DNA of 64,000 nt from the human T2T-CHM13v2.0 reference genome, Homo sapiens. A program made the translations under genes and the position numbers. The stretch lies in assembly GCF_009914755.1 (NCBI RefSeq), contig NC_060926.1; one strand, written 5' to 3'. Every line of letters starts with the position of its first letter. Position 1 is the first letter of the stretch. The notes under the pieces are model-generated. The model searched no databases. It saw only the letters and a program-made list of their open reading frames with translations, and was not told the origin of the DNA. Shown one piece after another: positions 35,185 through 51,252 of the stretch.

Positions 35185-35659
35185 CCTTAGTTAAAAATTG
35201 TATTGGTCATTGAGTCACTAGATTCAGTATGTTTGTTCTCTTCACTTGGCAATTTGTTAGAATGGCTAACTTAGTAACTTAATAGTTAAATAAGCAAATC
35301 AGCTTAGTCCGCTTCCTGTTTGTTTAAAACCATCCTGCATGTCTTCACAATTAACTTCTTTGTGCGTTTCATGGTTTCCTGTGTTCTCAAAAACAAGTTA
35401 ATGATATACAGTAACGTATATCATTTGAAAAAGCAGTTTCTTTTTCAAAATAAGAAGCCCATTCTTCCTTATTCAAGATTGTTACAACTCTTATTCGAGA
35501 TTCGAGATTGTTACAACTCTGCCTCATGAGAGGGGAGAAGCGCCTGTCACCCTGACCCGCCCCGGCCAGGCTGGCTGGGTTGCAGGTGGAAGTGGGTAGG
35601 ACTGTGTTTCACGCTGAGTAGGTTGTGTGCAAAACACACTTTTGACTCCATAAAAGCAT

Positions 35660-36817
<1,158 letters not shown>

Positions 36818-37190
36818 TAAGAATGGCAGTTTGCCTGTCCTGCTAGGATGATCATTGTGTTGCCCTTGACTGATTGGTTGTTGTGGGAAACGAGAGATTT
36901 TGTAGCCATAAACTTTCTAAGTCTGTGGTTTTTATTTTCTGTTTGGTTGATTTGTTTTGGTAGACTTTTTAATACTTGTTGCACAATAGTTCTAAACAAA
37001 CTAATTCATTTGCTTTAACGAAGTCAGACCTTATGCAGTCAGACCTTCTACATGCTTCTGTTTGTCCCTAAGAATGACTTCCTGTTCCTGGGTGGGGTGT
37101 CCCTGGGCTTCCATGGGATGAGGTGAGACATGAGGGTGAGAGTGGGCATCGGAGTGGCCTTTGGCATGACAACCTCTGCTCTCCCTGCAG

Positions 37191-37372
37191 ACCGTTCCCC
37201 AGCACACCCCACCCCACTCAGCCGCTCAGCCTCCCTCAGTTACCCAGACCGCACAGACGTCTCAACTGCAGCAACCTTGGCAGGCAGCAGCAACCAGTTT
37301 GGCAGCTCTGTCCTGGGCCAGTACATCTCTGACTTCAGCGTCCGGGCACTCGTGGACTTGCAGTACATCAAG
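37191..37372 (+). CDS. CNNM4: CNNM4 exon 6 (182 nt): [61 protein letters not shown]
   Basis: CTCCCTGCAG acceptor, AAG|GTGAGT donor, frame continuity. Confidence 0.96.
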
Positions 37373-37477
37373 GTGAGTGCCTCACTGCCCTGTCTGGGCA
37401 GTGCTATCTTCTGCTCAGGAATCAGCTACTACTTTCATCCACCAAACCCAGCATGGTGGGCCCAAACCCGAGATGCC

Positions 37478-37771
37478 TTTTTCTTCTGGAGATGGGGTCT
37501 TGCTCTGTCGCCCAGGCTGGAATGCAGTGGTGTGATCATAGCCCACTTCAGCCTTGAACTCTTGGGTTCAAGGATTCCTCCCACCTCAGCCTCCTGAGTA
37601 GCTGGGACTACAGGTGTGCATGTGGCTTCGGGTTTTTTTTTTTTTTCCCCTTATAGAGATGGGGTCTCACTGTGTTGCCCAAGTTGGCTTGAGACTCCTG
37701 GGCTCAAGCGATTTGCCCGCCTCAGCCTCCTGAAGTGCTGGGATTACAGGTGTGAGCCACTGTGCCCAGCC
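37478..37771 (-). mobile_element. Antisense AluJ-like element in CNNM4 intron 6
   Basis: Reverse-complement Alu consensus. Confidence 0.88.
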
Positions 37772-37928
37772 CTGAGATGCTTTCTTCTCTTGTTCGTGCA
37801 CCTTGTTCTTTGTAAGGGCTTCCAGAGACGCTGACTGGTCATGTTCTCTCTCAACTCACAGCCTCAATCCTGGCCCTGTTTCTCCAGGCCTGGTGATAGG
37901 GTCTGCCTCCCAGCCCCTCCCTCCATGA

Positions 37929-38147
<219 letters not shown>

Positions 38148-40520
38148 CAGGAGGGCCCGGGGCCCCCTGCCCACCCTGCGGGGGCCTCCCCAGTGGGCCC
38201 ACATGAAGAGAGGGAACCTGTTAGTCCAGAAAGGATACGGATAGATAGCCTGTCTGACTGAACAGCCAGATGGCCCCCAGCCTATGGGGGATCTGGCCTC
38301 TGCCAGGGACCTCTGAGTAGCTCTGAGGTGGCACTGTCCAGCCCTGGATAGGGGGGGCAGTGGGCCAGCTACCGTAAGCAAAGGCTGTTTTTTACTGAGA
38401 GAATTTCTAAAGTAGGCTCATCACTTTTTTTTAAATATCATTTTGGGAAGGGAAGACAGGGTTAAGGAACTTTATTTAAAAAAAAAATATTTTTTTCCTA
38501 AAAACTATAAAAGAGGAAGGGTTTCTTGTCCCGGGAAGCAACGGACATAATCTGTTCCCAGCCATGGCCTTCCAGCTTGTGTCCCTGATTCAGGGAGCTC
38601 TCCCTTCCTCCTCCTCCTCCTCCTCCGGAGGTGGGATCCCAGAGCCTGCCAGTGGAGGCTTATCTGTTGGGAGGAAGACAGCTCTTCACAGAAGCAAAGA
38701 ACAAAATGGCATGGAGATCAGCTGCCTGAGCACCTGCGCTGTAGCTTATCTGACAACGCTGAGGCCACGAGCTCCTGGGTAGCTGTGATCAGGGACATGA
38801 TAATCTGAGCTATGCAGAGGAGCACATCTGTTGTCAACTGCTGTACCCAGAAATCTAGAACTCTGCCGACAGCCTCTCCTGGTGAGTCGGGACTCAGCTG
38901 AGGACACATCCCCACCCTGCCTCCCATCTGGCCCTTTGGACAACTGGCCCTTTGTGACAGGGCTGACTCAAGTGTTAGGCAGGGTCTCAGGCCTTTGATT
39001 GCTCACCCCTGCTCCCCAGGCCCTGCCCTCACTTTTACCAAAGGTTCTCCCTCGGCGGGAGGGCATCTGTGTTGGAGGTGATTTGTCTGGGTTCTTCCTT
39101 TTGGTTCCAGAAGGAACTGTCAGTCATCAGCATCTGCGTTGTTAGCAGTCAGTACCACCCCCGCCCCACAATGACAGTCAAGGCTGACTTGTTGACTGAA
39201 GCCTTTTTCCCAGACCCCTTATTTCGAATCCCCAAGCTTCAGTCCCTCTTGGGGGTGGAGACAAGAGGACATGTGGGAAGCCACGGAAGCAGGTTCTTTA
39301 TGTCCTCTCCTCTGTGGCTGGCAAGGCTCACCTGGCCTTATCCACCCACTTATGGAACCTCAGGAGAGGAGGGCTCCTCCTAAAGGCATGCAGCTTGCAG
39401 CCCCTCTTTCTCACACGTGTGATCCTAGCGTGAGAGGTCATCCTGCCCTTGCTGAAGTTAGTAGTACTGTACTAAGAGCTCTGCCCTCATGTGAATTCCT
39501 GCCCTGGCGCCTCTTCCCTGGGGCTGAATCAGGCCCTGCTGCAAAACTCCAGGCTTCCCAGGGTTGGGGAGGCTGTGGGACCAAGGTCCATGTTGGTCCT
39601 TCCACTGGGTGCAGCAGGAGCTGGGTCCCGAGAGCCTGGCAGGTGAAACTCTGCAGGCCTTCCGCCTGATTATTATTTATTCACTCCTTTCCTCACCCCA
39701 AGTGCCCTGCTCTCCAGGTGCCTAGAGTATCCTAACTCTTAGGACCAGGGATTGTCTTGCACCAAGTATGCCTACCCCTGGCCAGTCTGAGGTCTCCTAG
39801 CCATAGAACTGACTCCTGGAAGCCTGGAGAGAAGGTGGTGACACCCATGGGTTCTCAACTGTAAGGAAAAAAGACACCAGACTTTTGTTCCCTAGTGGGG
39901 GAAAGCCCTTAGTCTTGTACAGGAGCAGCTTGCTCCCAAGTCCTTTTGGAAGCTGGCAGAGCTATATTCCTGACAGCCCTGACTGCCAGGTAGAGCAAAA
40001 GACATTGGTGGGGGTATGTGAAGCAAAAGGGGCAGGTGCACACACCTCCACAGTGACCTCTGTGCACACGGTTACCACCAACTGGCTGGCCCTCCTCCTC
40101 TTCCCTGGCCCATTGATCATCCCTTCTCACAGAGGGTCATCATTATTTCCAAATATTGTTTGTCTGATGACTTCCTCTTCCCAGTGCAATTTTTCCCTTC
40201 CTATTTCAACCTCTGGTTCCTGGGATGAGCCATACCCTGGAACTGGCCCACCCACTGTGTCTTCCACGTAAGGGAGACCTTTGCAAAGGGCATCCAAATG
40301 GGTAGGCAGGTGACAGCCGCCGTATTTATTTTGCATAATATTTTAATTTGTATATTTTTGTGATTTATTTTGGCGTTATGAGTTTGACTCTCGGGGAGTT
40401 TTGTTGTTATGACTCTTGTGTCTTTTGTCACAAAACAATGATATTTGCTAAACGATATATGGAATTTATTTTTGATTGGTAATAAAAAATCAAATATGTA
40501 TAAATCCTGGTGAATCTACA
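38148..40520 (+). other. CNNM4: CNNM4 3'UTR (~2.4 kb)
   Basis: Repeat-poor sequence after the stop, U-rich terminal segment, then AATAAA and a downstream GT-rich tract; end approximate. Confidence 0.8.
40481..40486 (+). terminator. CNNM4: CNNM4 polyadenylation signal AATAAA (second AATAAA at 40607-40612)
   Basis: AATAAA preceded by U-rich sequence and followed by TGTTTGTTCTGT / TGTTGTTG. Confidence 0.8.
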
Positions 40521-41349
40521 ACTTGCCTGTTTGTTCTGTCAGTATTCAGTATGTTGTTGAGATAAAAGTGGCTGTGGCTGGCTGTCTCTTGTGATGGGAC
40601 AAGGGCAATAAAGGATTCTAGGACCATTCAGCAGTGAAATGCAATCAGAAATGGAATTTCTAAATATAGTCAAGGCTGTCGTCACAGGAGTGAGAGGGAC
40701 GTGGCTGCTGGCAGACATACAGGACAGATGTGCTCAGCTGCCATAAGCATGAGTCCTGTGAAACAGATCCCATAGGGCCCTTGGCTTGTGAGTACTGGAA
40801 GGGCAGTGGGCTTCAGCAAATTGCCCCTCCTCCCTACCCATGGGACTGAAAGAAGCTTGATCCAAAAGTATGAGTAATATTGTTTTATAACATGCAGCTG
40901 CCTTTTCGTCCACACCTACAGGCTAGTGGTTTCAAAGTTGGAGTGTTCATCCCTTGAAGAACCTGAGTTACGTCACTATACCCACTCTCAAAGTTGCAGC
41001 TCTGCAGGGGACTCCCATGGTGCTGTACAGGTGCTGCAGGCTGGCTTGTGCGATTGAGTGTGCTGAGGCCAGGGGCTCCAAGCATGCAAAGTTCAATGGA
41101 GTAGACAAACTGGGGGCATCTATGTAGGCAACAAAGAAAAGAGGATATTCCAGATAAAAGAGGTACACATGCCAACGTCTGTGTCTGGGGCAAGATTTGT
41201 AAATTATCTTCATCCATCTGTTCCACACGTTTAAATCCCTTTCGCACGCCAGGTACTACCAACCCCTCTGTGAATTTAATGAAGAACCTTCCCACCACCC
41301 CAAGGGGGACAGTCACACACAGCTTTTCCATTTGCTGTCTCCCTGACCT

Positions 41350-41690
41350 GGGACACATCTCCTAAGTCTTGGCGAGGCTCACCCCTTATTTCATTTAAGC
41401 CTCAGTTCAAATGCCATCTCCTTGAGAAGGCTTCCGATTAGCCCATCTCAATCAGCATCACCCCAGCATCTGTCTCTTTATCTTGCCTTTTTCCCTCCAT
41501 AGCACTTACTACCAAATATTGAAATATAGACTTGGGTATTTTCTATCGTCCTTGCGCTAGAATCTAGCCTCACAAGGGTAGGGACTTAATTTTATTCCCA
41601 CTACAGTCCCAACACTAGAACAGTACCTGCTACACTGCAGGGACTCAATGCAGGAAATACTTGTTGAATGAATAAATGAATACATGTTAC
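41350..41690 (+). mobile_element. L2 3' end fragment
   Basis: CTCAGTTCAAATGCCATCTCC... ending TTGTTGAATGAATAAATGAA. Confidence 0.75.
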
Positions 41691-42655
41691 AACAGGGGAT
41701 GTACTGGATGATATGGGGAGAGCACATAGCTCCAATAACCTTGAGCCAACCTAGTCGAGGGTCAAGGAAGATCACTCGGAGGGAGCAGCATATGAGCTAA
41801 GGCTTGAGAGAGAAGCAGGAATTAGCCGGTGGGTTTAAAACTCAAGAATAAATATTTAGATATAACATGGAAATGTCTTGATCCAAAAGACCAGTAAGGA
41901 AAACGGCCCAGGGAGGGCCAACAGTGGTCTGAAGGTCAAGTGGCTGTGTCTCCACTGATGCTAACCAGGGGTGGGGTAAAGAATGGCACAGCCACAGGAG
42001 AAGCTGGTCAAGGACTGTTGAGGCCTCTACTGCAAAAGGGAAACCACTCCAGGAGCAGCTTTGCGTGCCCCATATTGGATTTTTTTGTATCTTTGGGTAC
42101 TGACAATTTAAATGACCACTTACGTTTTCCAAGTTTGATCCAATTGTTCTTCCACCTGAAGCTTTACTCCCAGAAAGTTAGTTATAGGTTGTTTTCCAAG
42201 GAAGCCTGAGACAAGGAAAAAGTAACCTGTTGAAGGTGAGAGCTCTGTCTCTAAATCCATGGGGAGTTTTTCCTGGCTTTTCTCTGGAACTGTTGTTTGT
42301 TAATGACTTTTCAGGCACATGACTCATTTCAAGCATGTCATCCATTCTATTTCAATGTCAGTATTTTATCTTGACGTGGAGACAGAAGTGAGAACTAAAG
42401 GAGCTGAATCTATTGTAATGTTTGCACTTTTTTTTTCTTCAGAGGCATGATGTTGCAGTGCAAAGGCCCAGTAATGTCTTTATTGCTTCTGCTGGCGGCT
42501 TACTCTGTAATCTGCAAAAGTAAGGTAAACTCAAAGGGCACAGAACATCACCTGAATAATAAAAAACACGGAGATGCCCCATTGGCCTAGTCACAGCTCT
42601 GAGTTTACAATGCAGAAGAGACACTATTACCATCTTTTAAAAATACACTATTACC

Positions 42656-43574
<919 letters not shown>

Positions 43575-44529
43575 GTTTTTTACAAAGCCTTTTCCTTTGG
43601 TCACTCACCACCAGCTTACTCATTTTTTTTTTTTTTTGCACATTACCTTCCACACAAGTTTTACTTTGTGGCCACAATGTGCATACTTTTTTTGATTGTT
43701 ACTTTCATGACATAGCAAATTGTTTCTATAGAGTCTTTATAAAGGTCATTTAAAATGACATGTGCAGTAAGTCAAAGTCTTCTTGTGCTAGGAAATTTGA
43801 AAAAACAAAAGTGTAGAGAAAAATACAAAAATTACTGAATCTGAACATCTATAGAGAAGTGTTGTTAGCAGTTGGTTTATTTCCTTCCAATCACATACAG
43901 ATCATATCTGATGGGTAAAGAATATTCCATACTGTCAACAGACCACACTGTCTTCTAAAATCGCTTCAGCAGTGAGGATCCTCTGGAATAGATCTTGTTA
44001 ATCCTGAGGAATTATTCTCCCAGCGGTGAGCTATGAGAAGTGGAATCACCAGATGTAGTAATTCCTGACAGAACTGCCGCCTGCTTGTGTGGCTGAGATG
44101 CTGACCTAGGTATCAGGCTGGTCGCGCCGGAACCCAGCACCCACGCTGAGTCTTTCTGAGCTCCACTCTGCTCCTGTTAGATATTAACCACCTGAGGTAG
44201 CTGTCCAGATTCAAGGCGGTAGTGATTTTGTGTGTCTGTGTATTTATCACGGGGTCCGCGGCGGGAACGCAGGGGCTGTGTCCCACGTCCCCAAACCTCT
44301 AGTAGGGTACGGCGCGATGAACATCTTCCATAAACCTTAAACCTCCCGGCGCTCAGTCACTGGTTCTTATTTCAGCCCTCTTAGCCCCGTAGGTCGGCGC
44401 GCTGAAAACCTTTCTGGTACCTGGGGCCTTTCCTAAGAAAAAGGCACATGTCTCGCACATTTCAGTCTGGTCTGCAACTTCAGGCGCGCCAGCACCCGAG
44501 GTTCTTCCGACCGGCCGCTCCGCTCCCAA

Positions 44530-44907
44530 GCCGGGAACTTCCCAGAGAATTGGCTCGGCCTCCGGGCGCGGGGGACAGCATCGGGAGGAGTGGGACTCCG
44601 GGCGCCGCGCACGGGCCGAGGACAGCCGGGCTTGGGAGGCCCTGCCCGCCGCCCCGCGTCCTCCCGGCCACTGCCACCCCGCGCATCCGGAGCCGCAGCA
44701 GACTCGGCGGGGCCCGGAGCCCCACGCCCCCGGCCCGCCCCTGGCCGCCACTTGTTTACTCCCCGGCGCAGCCTAGTCCGACCCTGGGGCCCGCCCCCGC
44801 CCACCGCCTATTGGCCGAGGAGGCGCGAAGAGCCGTAACGATTGGCCCGGGGAGGCGCGGGGCGAGCGGGGTAGGCTGCGCGAGAGGCCGAGAGGGGGCA
44901 GCAGGCG
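44530..44907 (+). promoter_or_regulatory. CNNM3: TATA-less CNNM3 proximal promoter: GC boxes (~44789-44802), two reverse CCAAT boxes ATTGG (44810, 44841), NF-kB-like GGGAACTTCC (44533-44542), FOX-like TGTTTAC (44753-44759)
   Basis: Motifs read directly from the sequence; function inferred. Confidence 0.65.
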
Positions 44908-46132
44908 ATGGCGGCGGCGGTAGCTGCGGCGGGTCGGTTAGGCTGGTTGTTCGCCGCGCTCTGCCTGGGCAACGCCGCGGGGGAGGCCGCGCCGGGCCCG
45001 CGAGTGCTGGGCTTCTGCCTGGAGGAGGATGGAGCGGCGGGCGCGGGTTGGGTACGCGGAGGGGCGGCGCGGGACACGCCGGACGCCACCTTCCTCCTGC
45101 GCCTCTTCGGCCCGGGCTTCGCCAACAGCTCTTGGTCCTGGGTGGCCCCGGAGGGGGCGGGCTGCCGGGAGGAGGCGGCCTCCCCCGCGGGCGAGTGGCG
45201 CGCGCTGCTGCGCTTGCGCCTGCGGGCCGAGGCCGTGCGCCCGCACTCGGCGCTGCTGGCGGTGCGCGTGGAGCCGGGTGGCGGGGCGGCTGAGGAGGCG
45301 GCGCCGCCCTGGGCTCTGGGCCTGGGGGCGGCCGGGCTGCTGGCGCTGGCAGCGCTGGCGCGAGGCCTGCAGCTGAGCGCGCTGGCGCTGGCGCCTGCCG
45401 AGGTGCAGGTGCTGCGCGAGAGCGGCTCGGAGGCGGAGCGTGCGGCGGCGCGGCGTTTGGAGCCCGCGCGGCGCTGGGCCGGCTGCGCCTTGGGCGCGCT
45501 GCTGCTGCTGGCCAGCCTGGCGCAGGCGGCGCTGGCGGTGCTGCTGTACCGCGCGGCCGGCCAGCGTGCGGTGCCCGCCGTGTTGGGCAGCGCGGGGCTC
45601 GTGTTCCTGGTGGGAGAGGTGGTGCCGGCCGCCGTGAGCGGGCGCTGGACGCTGGCGCTGGCGCCGCGAGCGCTCGGCCTCAGCCGCCTGGCCGTCCTGC
45701 TCACTCTGCCCGTCGCGCTGCCCGTGGGGCAGCTGCTGGAGCTGGCGGCGCGGCCCGGGCGGCTGCGGGAGCGGGTGCTGGAGCTGGCGCGCGGCGGCGG
45801 CGACCCCTACAGCGATCTCAGCAAGGGCGTGCTGCGCTGCCGGACCGTGGAGGACGTGCTCACGCCCCTCGAAGACTGCTTCATGCTGGACGCCAGCACC
45901 GTGCTGGACTTCGGCGTCCTGGCCAGCATCATGCAGAGCGGCCACACGCGCATCCCGGTGTACGAGGAGGAGCGCTCCAACATCGTGGACATGCTCTACC
46001 TCAAGGACTTGGCCTTCGTGGATCCCGAAGACTGCACGCCGCTCAGCACCATCACTCGTTTCTACAACCATCCGCTCCACTTCGTCTTCAACGACACCAA
46101 GCTGGACGCTGTCCTGGAGGAATTCAAGCGAG
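44908..46132 (+). CDS. CNNM3: CNNM3 exon 1 coding part (1225 nt): signal peptide, ectodomain, DUF21/TMD, CBS1
   Basis: ATG in strong Kozak context GGCGATGG; [15 protein letters not shown]...[36 protein letters not shown]...LEEFKR; G|GTAACG donor. Confidence 0.97.
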
Positions 46133-46744
46133 GTAACGGCCCGGGCATGGTGCAGGGGACGCCCGTGCGAGTGCCCTCTCCCTGAAAAGGGGTGGAGAGT
46201 TATGGAAGCCTTCTGGAAAGGGTCCCACCCCTGTGGAGAGCAGTGAGACCTCTAAGGTCCCTTTTCAAGACGGTATTGGCCTTGCAGCTTGGAATGACCT
46301 TTTGAAATACTTAAAGGCCATCGATCAGAGTGGGAGGAATCCTTTAGACAGCGAACACTTTAACCCCCGCGTCAGGATAGCCCCCCCCCCCCATTTGCAG
46401 GGAGGGGTATGTCCGCTTGTCCTCTAATCCCCCAGCTCTTTCCCTCTCCCAGAGTGTTTCTGTGTGCTTGACTTTGTAGCAGGTCCAAATTTTTGGATAG
46501 AAACTAGAAGAACATAGAAAAGATGGTAGTCTCCAGGTATCTGGGATATTGTTGTGTGCACACATGTAATATCAAATTGACTGGACCTGTAATGTTTCCT
46601 TCAGAGCATTCTTAAGGTCCCTGGCGTTACTGCAGATAAGGGTATTTAGGTGTCAATCCCTTATCTGCGGTAAAGTCAGGGAAACTTAACACTTTGCTTT
46701 CACCAAAAGTAACTCCATTTATGCTGACTTAGTCTCCCTTTCTC

Positions 46745-47259
<515 letters not shown>

Positions 47260-48859
47260 TGAGCAGTTCGGAGATTGAAGGTAAAACCAGTACCCTCCGG
47301 ATGTGAAGGTGTGGTTTCTTCTGCAGTCCTCTCCAACATCATCCTTAGTGGTGCTCCCCAGAGTTTGGTGCTCAGACCTTGGTTAACAGCCATGCTTCTC
47401 ACACCTGCACTCCTGTAGGGTGAGGGTGGGAGCACCCCAGGGTGTTGGATGGACTTGACCCTAAAGGCTGCCAGCTGTAAGGCCAAGAAGTGGCAAAGCC
47501 CCCTGGTATTTGTGGCAGGATGTTTCTGGCACCGTCTGTTGAGAGCCCCTGGCCTGTCGTTGCAGGAAGCCAGGCTTTGTGATAATGACCGCTACTCCTG
47601 ACTGAGCACTGCCGTGTGCCAGGAGCTGATGGGCACTTTCTGTGTAATCTCGTCCCTCATTCCTTGCAGGAGGCCTGGGTGCTAAGTTACTGTTACTGCT
47701 GTAGCTTAGGAATGGGTGGGAGGCTTGGGTGGGCAGCTCTATTCTTTTAGACTCTTGGGTGCTCCTGGCTGTGTCCCTAGAACATGGCCATGCCACCCTG
47801 CCCTGGGGAGGGAGCCTGGGTTTGGGTCCAGACAGAGCCTCGCGGTGGTAAGTACTCCCATCTGGGCTGCCAGAGGCAGCCCCTGAGGCAGGGGTGGTTC
47901 TCCTGGTGTGGTGGCCAACATTGCAACCCTGGAATCAGCGGAGTAGGTTCCATCCTGCCCTTGCCTGCCCCCAGGCCCTGAAGGCTGCTCAGCCTCTTGT
48001 GGTGCAAAGTCCTCTGCTGTTAGTGATAAGAGTGGGTAAACAGACCTGCGGGGGGAGACTCATCAAGCACTTTGGCCAGTGCCTGGCGTGCATATGCTGT
48101 GTGCTTGGCGTTAGCAGGTGGTTCTTACTCCGGGACAGGCTCTGCTGGTAGGTGAGCTGTTTGCCAATCCAGGAGCAAGGGGTGAATCTGGAATTGCAGA
48201 TTTCTGTTCTTCTAGGCAGGTCACCAGACTTCCTTTTTTTTAGGGAAAAAGTGGAAGACTGTAGCTGTCCTTTTGGTGTTCAAAGCACTCACGTTTCTAG
48301 ATTCTTTAAGAAAAAGCTCACTCTGGTGTCTGGCTTCAGCTGGCTGCTGCTTTCAACAGTTGAGCAGTCACCAAGCAGAGATTTGGAGCAGCGGAGATGG
48401 AAGGGTTGTCCTGTTCAGAACTAAAGGCAACTTCTGTAGTTGGTCATGATGCTCAGGATGAGGCTGGTGAAAGTGGTCTTTCATTTTCCAAACCGCCAGT
48501 GTCAGGATCTTCGCTGCCATGGTCTTGTCTTTCAGATGCGATGGATGAGCTTGGTCCAGGGTGGTTGGGGATTCCACTTGGGGAAGAATAAAAAATGTTC
48601 ATGTTCGTTGGGAAGGAGCGCAGAGGCAGGATGTCCCCTGGCGGGGGGGCTTGTGTGCTGTGTAAGGAACTTGTACTTGATCACCAGGGCCATGAGCATC
48701 AAGCAGCAGCATCAGTTATTTTTACAGATCAGTAACAATTGTGGACACCAGCGCAGGGAGACCAGCGGTGTGAGGGATCCAGGTGAGAGGGGATGATAAC
48801 CTGAACAAGGTTCATGGCAGGCCTGGAGAGGAGCCCCAAGAGGGCAGCAGAGGTGGAAT

Positions 48860-49500
48860 TGGGAAGATTGGTATCTGGCAGCAGGGCTATGCAACAAGGA
48901 GGAGCAGCTGAGGATGAGGCCCAGATTTCTGGCTGTGTGGTGGCGGTGCGCCTTCACTAAGGGCCGGGCGTGGGGAGCAGGTTTTGGCCATTGAATTTGT
49001 GTCTGTGCAGTGTCCCAAGAGGCAAACTCCTAGCAGGCCGTTGATGTGAAATGCAAGTGGGAGGCAGAATAGGAGTGTCTCTCAAGTCATGGGAGGGAGG
49101 CAGAGAGCCTCAGCCTCCTAGGAGCACAGGTGTGTCAGGGGCAAGGGAAGCCCAGGAGAAGCTGGCCAGGAGGAGGCAAGACCAAGGAAGGAGGAGTTCC
49201 CGAGATGCGGAATGTCCTGGAAGCTAAGGGAAGAGACCACTTTCCCAGGGAAGGTGAGTGACAGGAGAGGAGGCCAGCAAACAGGATGCCGTTGACCTTT
49301 GCAAGAGCAGATTTGGTGCCACGGCAAGGGAGCCATTTGGGGAATGAATGAGGTGTGGAAAGGTACGAGAACCAATGTAGACAGCCCTCCACAGAGTGTG
49401 GCTGCAGAGAGAAGTGACTGGCAGAGGATGTGGGACAGGGGAGGAGGCCTTCTGCTGTTTGGTTTTAAGATGGGCAAGTCCAGTAGGTTCAGATTGAAAT
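48860..49500 (-). mobile_element. Degenerate L2 fragment
   Basis: Purine-rich L2-like text (GGAGCAGGTTTTGG, GCCGTTGACCTTTGCAAGAGCAGATTT, TTTTAAGATGGG). Confidence 0.5.
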
Positions 49501-50242
49501 GCAGGTTGAAATGTAGCTAGGAAGGAAATTAGAGAGGCCAGGGTCCGGGCTGCTCCTGTTCTGGGCTGGGTGGCCTCCAGGCAGGTCACAAGCAGCCCGA
49601 TGCAGGAGGATTTGGGGTTGAGTGCCTCTGCTTGAAACAGACCTTTCTAAAAGCTGCCTGACAACATGCTGAAAAGGATCCCCTTGGAAGACAGTGGGGG
49701 AGGTTTTTGGAACCTGGAGGTTAAATGGGGAGCTCTTTAATCCCCCTTGACTTCCCCGCTCCTGTGGTGAGTGAGGGCCATTCGTGGGCAGACTGGCCAT
49801 GTCTTTCTGGTGACATCCCGGAGCTTTTTTCTCTGCTTCTCTAGTTCAGTGCAGTCCTTTGGCAAATATCTTTATTTTTTCCGTGTTAAAGTCCTTTTTG
49901 TCCTTCCTAACCTTCTTAAGCATTCCTCCACTTAGGAACAAAGGGCATATTGCAGTCTTTGTGGCGTGTGAGGTTTTAAAAATCGATTCCCTTTCCATCT
50001 CTCTGCCAAGCTAATGAGCCTCTGAATTTCGTGGAGCTGGAGTCCCTGCCATCTTGGCAGCTTTCATTCCGGGTCTTGTTTCTTTTGCTGTGTCTGCTAG
50101 GGAACTTTGTAGTCTGGGGGCAAGGTAACCTCCCCAGCAAGGCGCCCCTCAATCAGTGCCAACTTGAGATGACGTGCTGATTATTTTGTGCAGACGTCAC
50201 CAGGAAGAGTGAGTGCTTTGGAGCCATAATAAATAACTTGGA

Positions 50243-51252
<1,010 letters not shown>

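Larger units (their letters stand above)
44250..46170. promoter_or_regulatory. CNNM3: CpG island covering the CNNM3 promoter and exon 1
   Basis: Very high GC and CpG density compared with the flanks. Confidence 0.92.

Noticed and set aside
44448-46080. Long overlapping ORFs (281 aa +, 298 aa -, 380 aa -) across CNNM3 exon 1
   Set aside because: Stop-codon depletion in very GC-rich coding DNA; shadows of the real CDS
46133-46185. Extension of the 425-aa ORF beyond LEEFKR
   Set aside because: Intron read-through past the G|GTAACG donor
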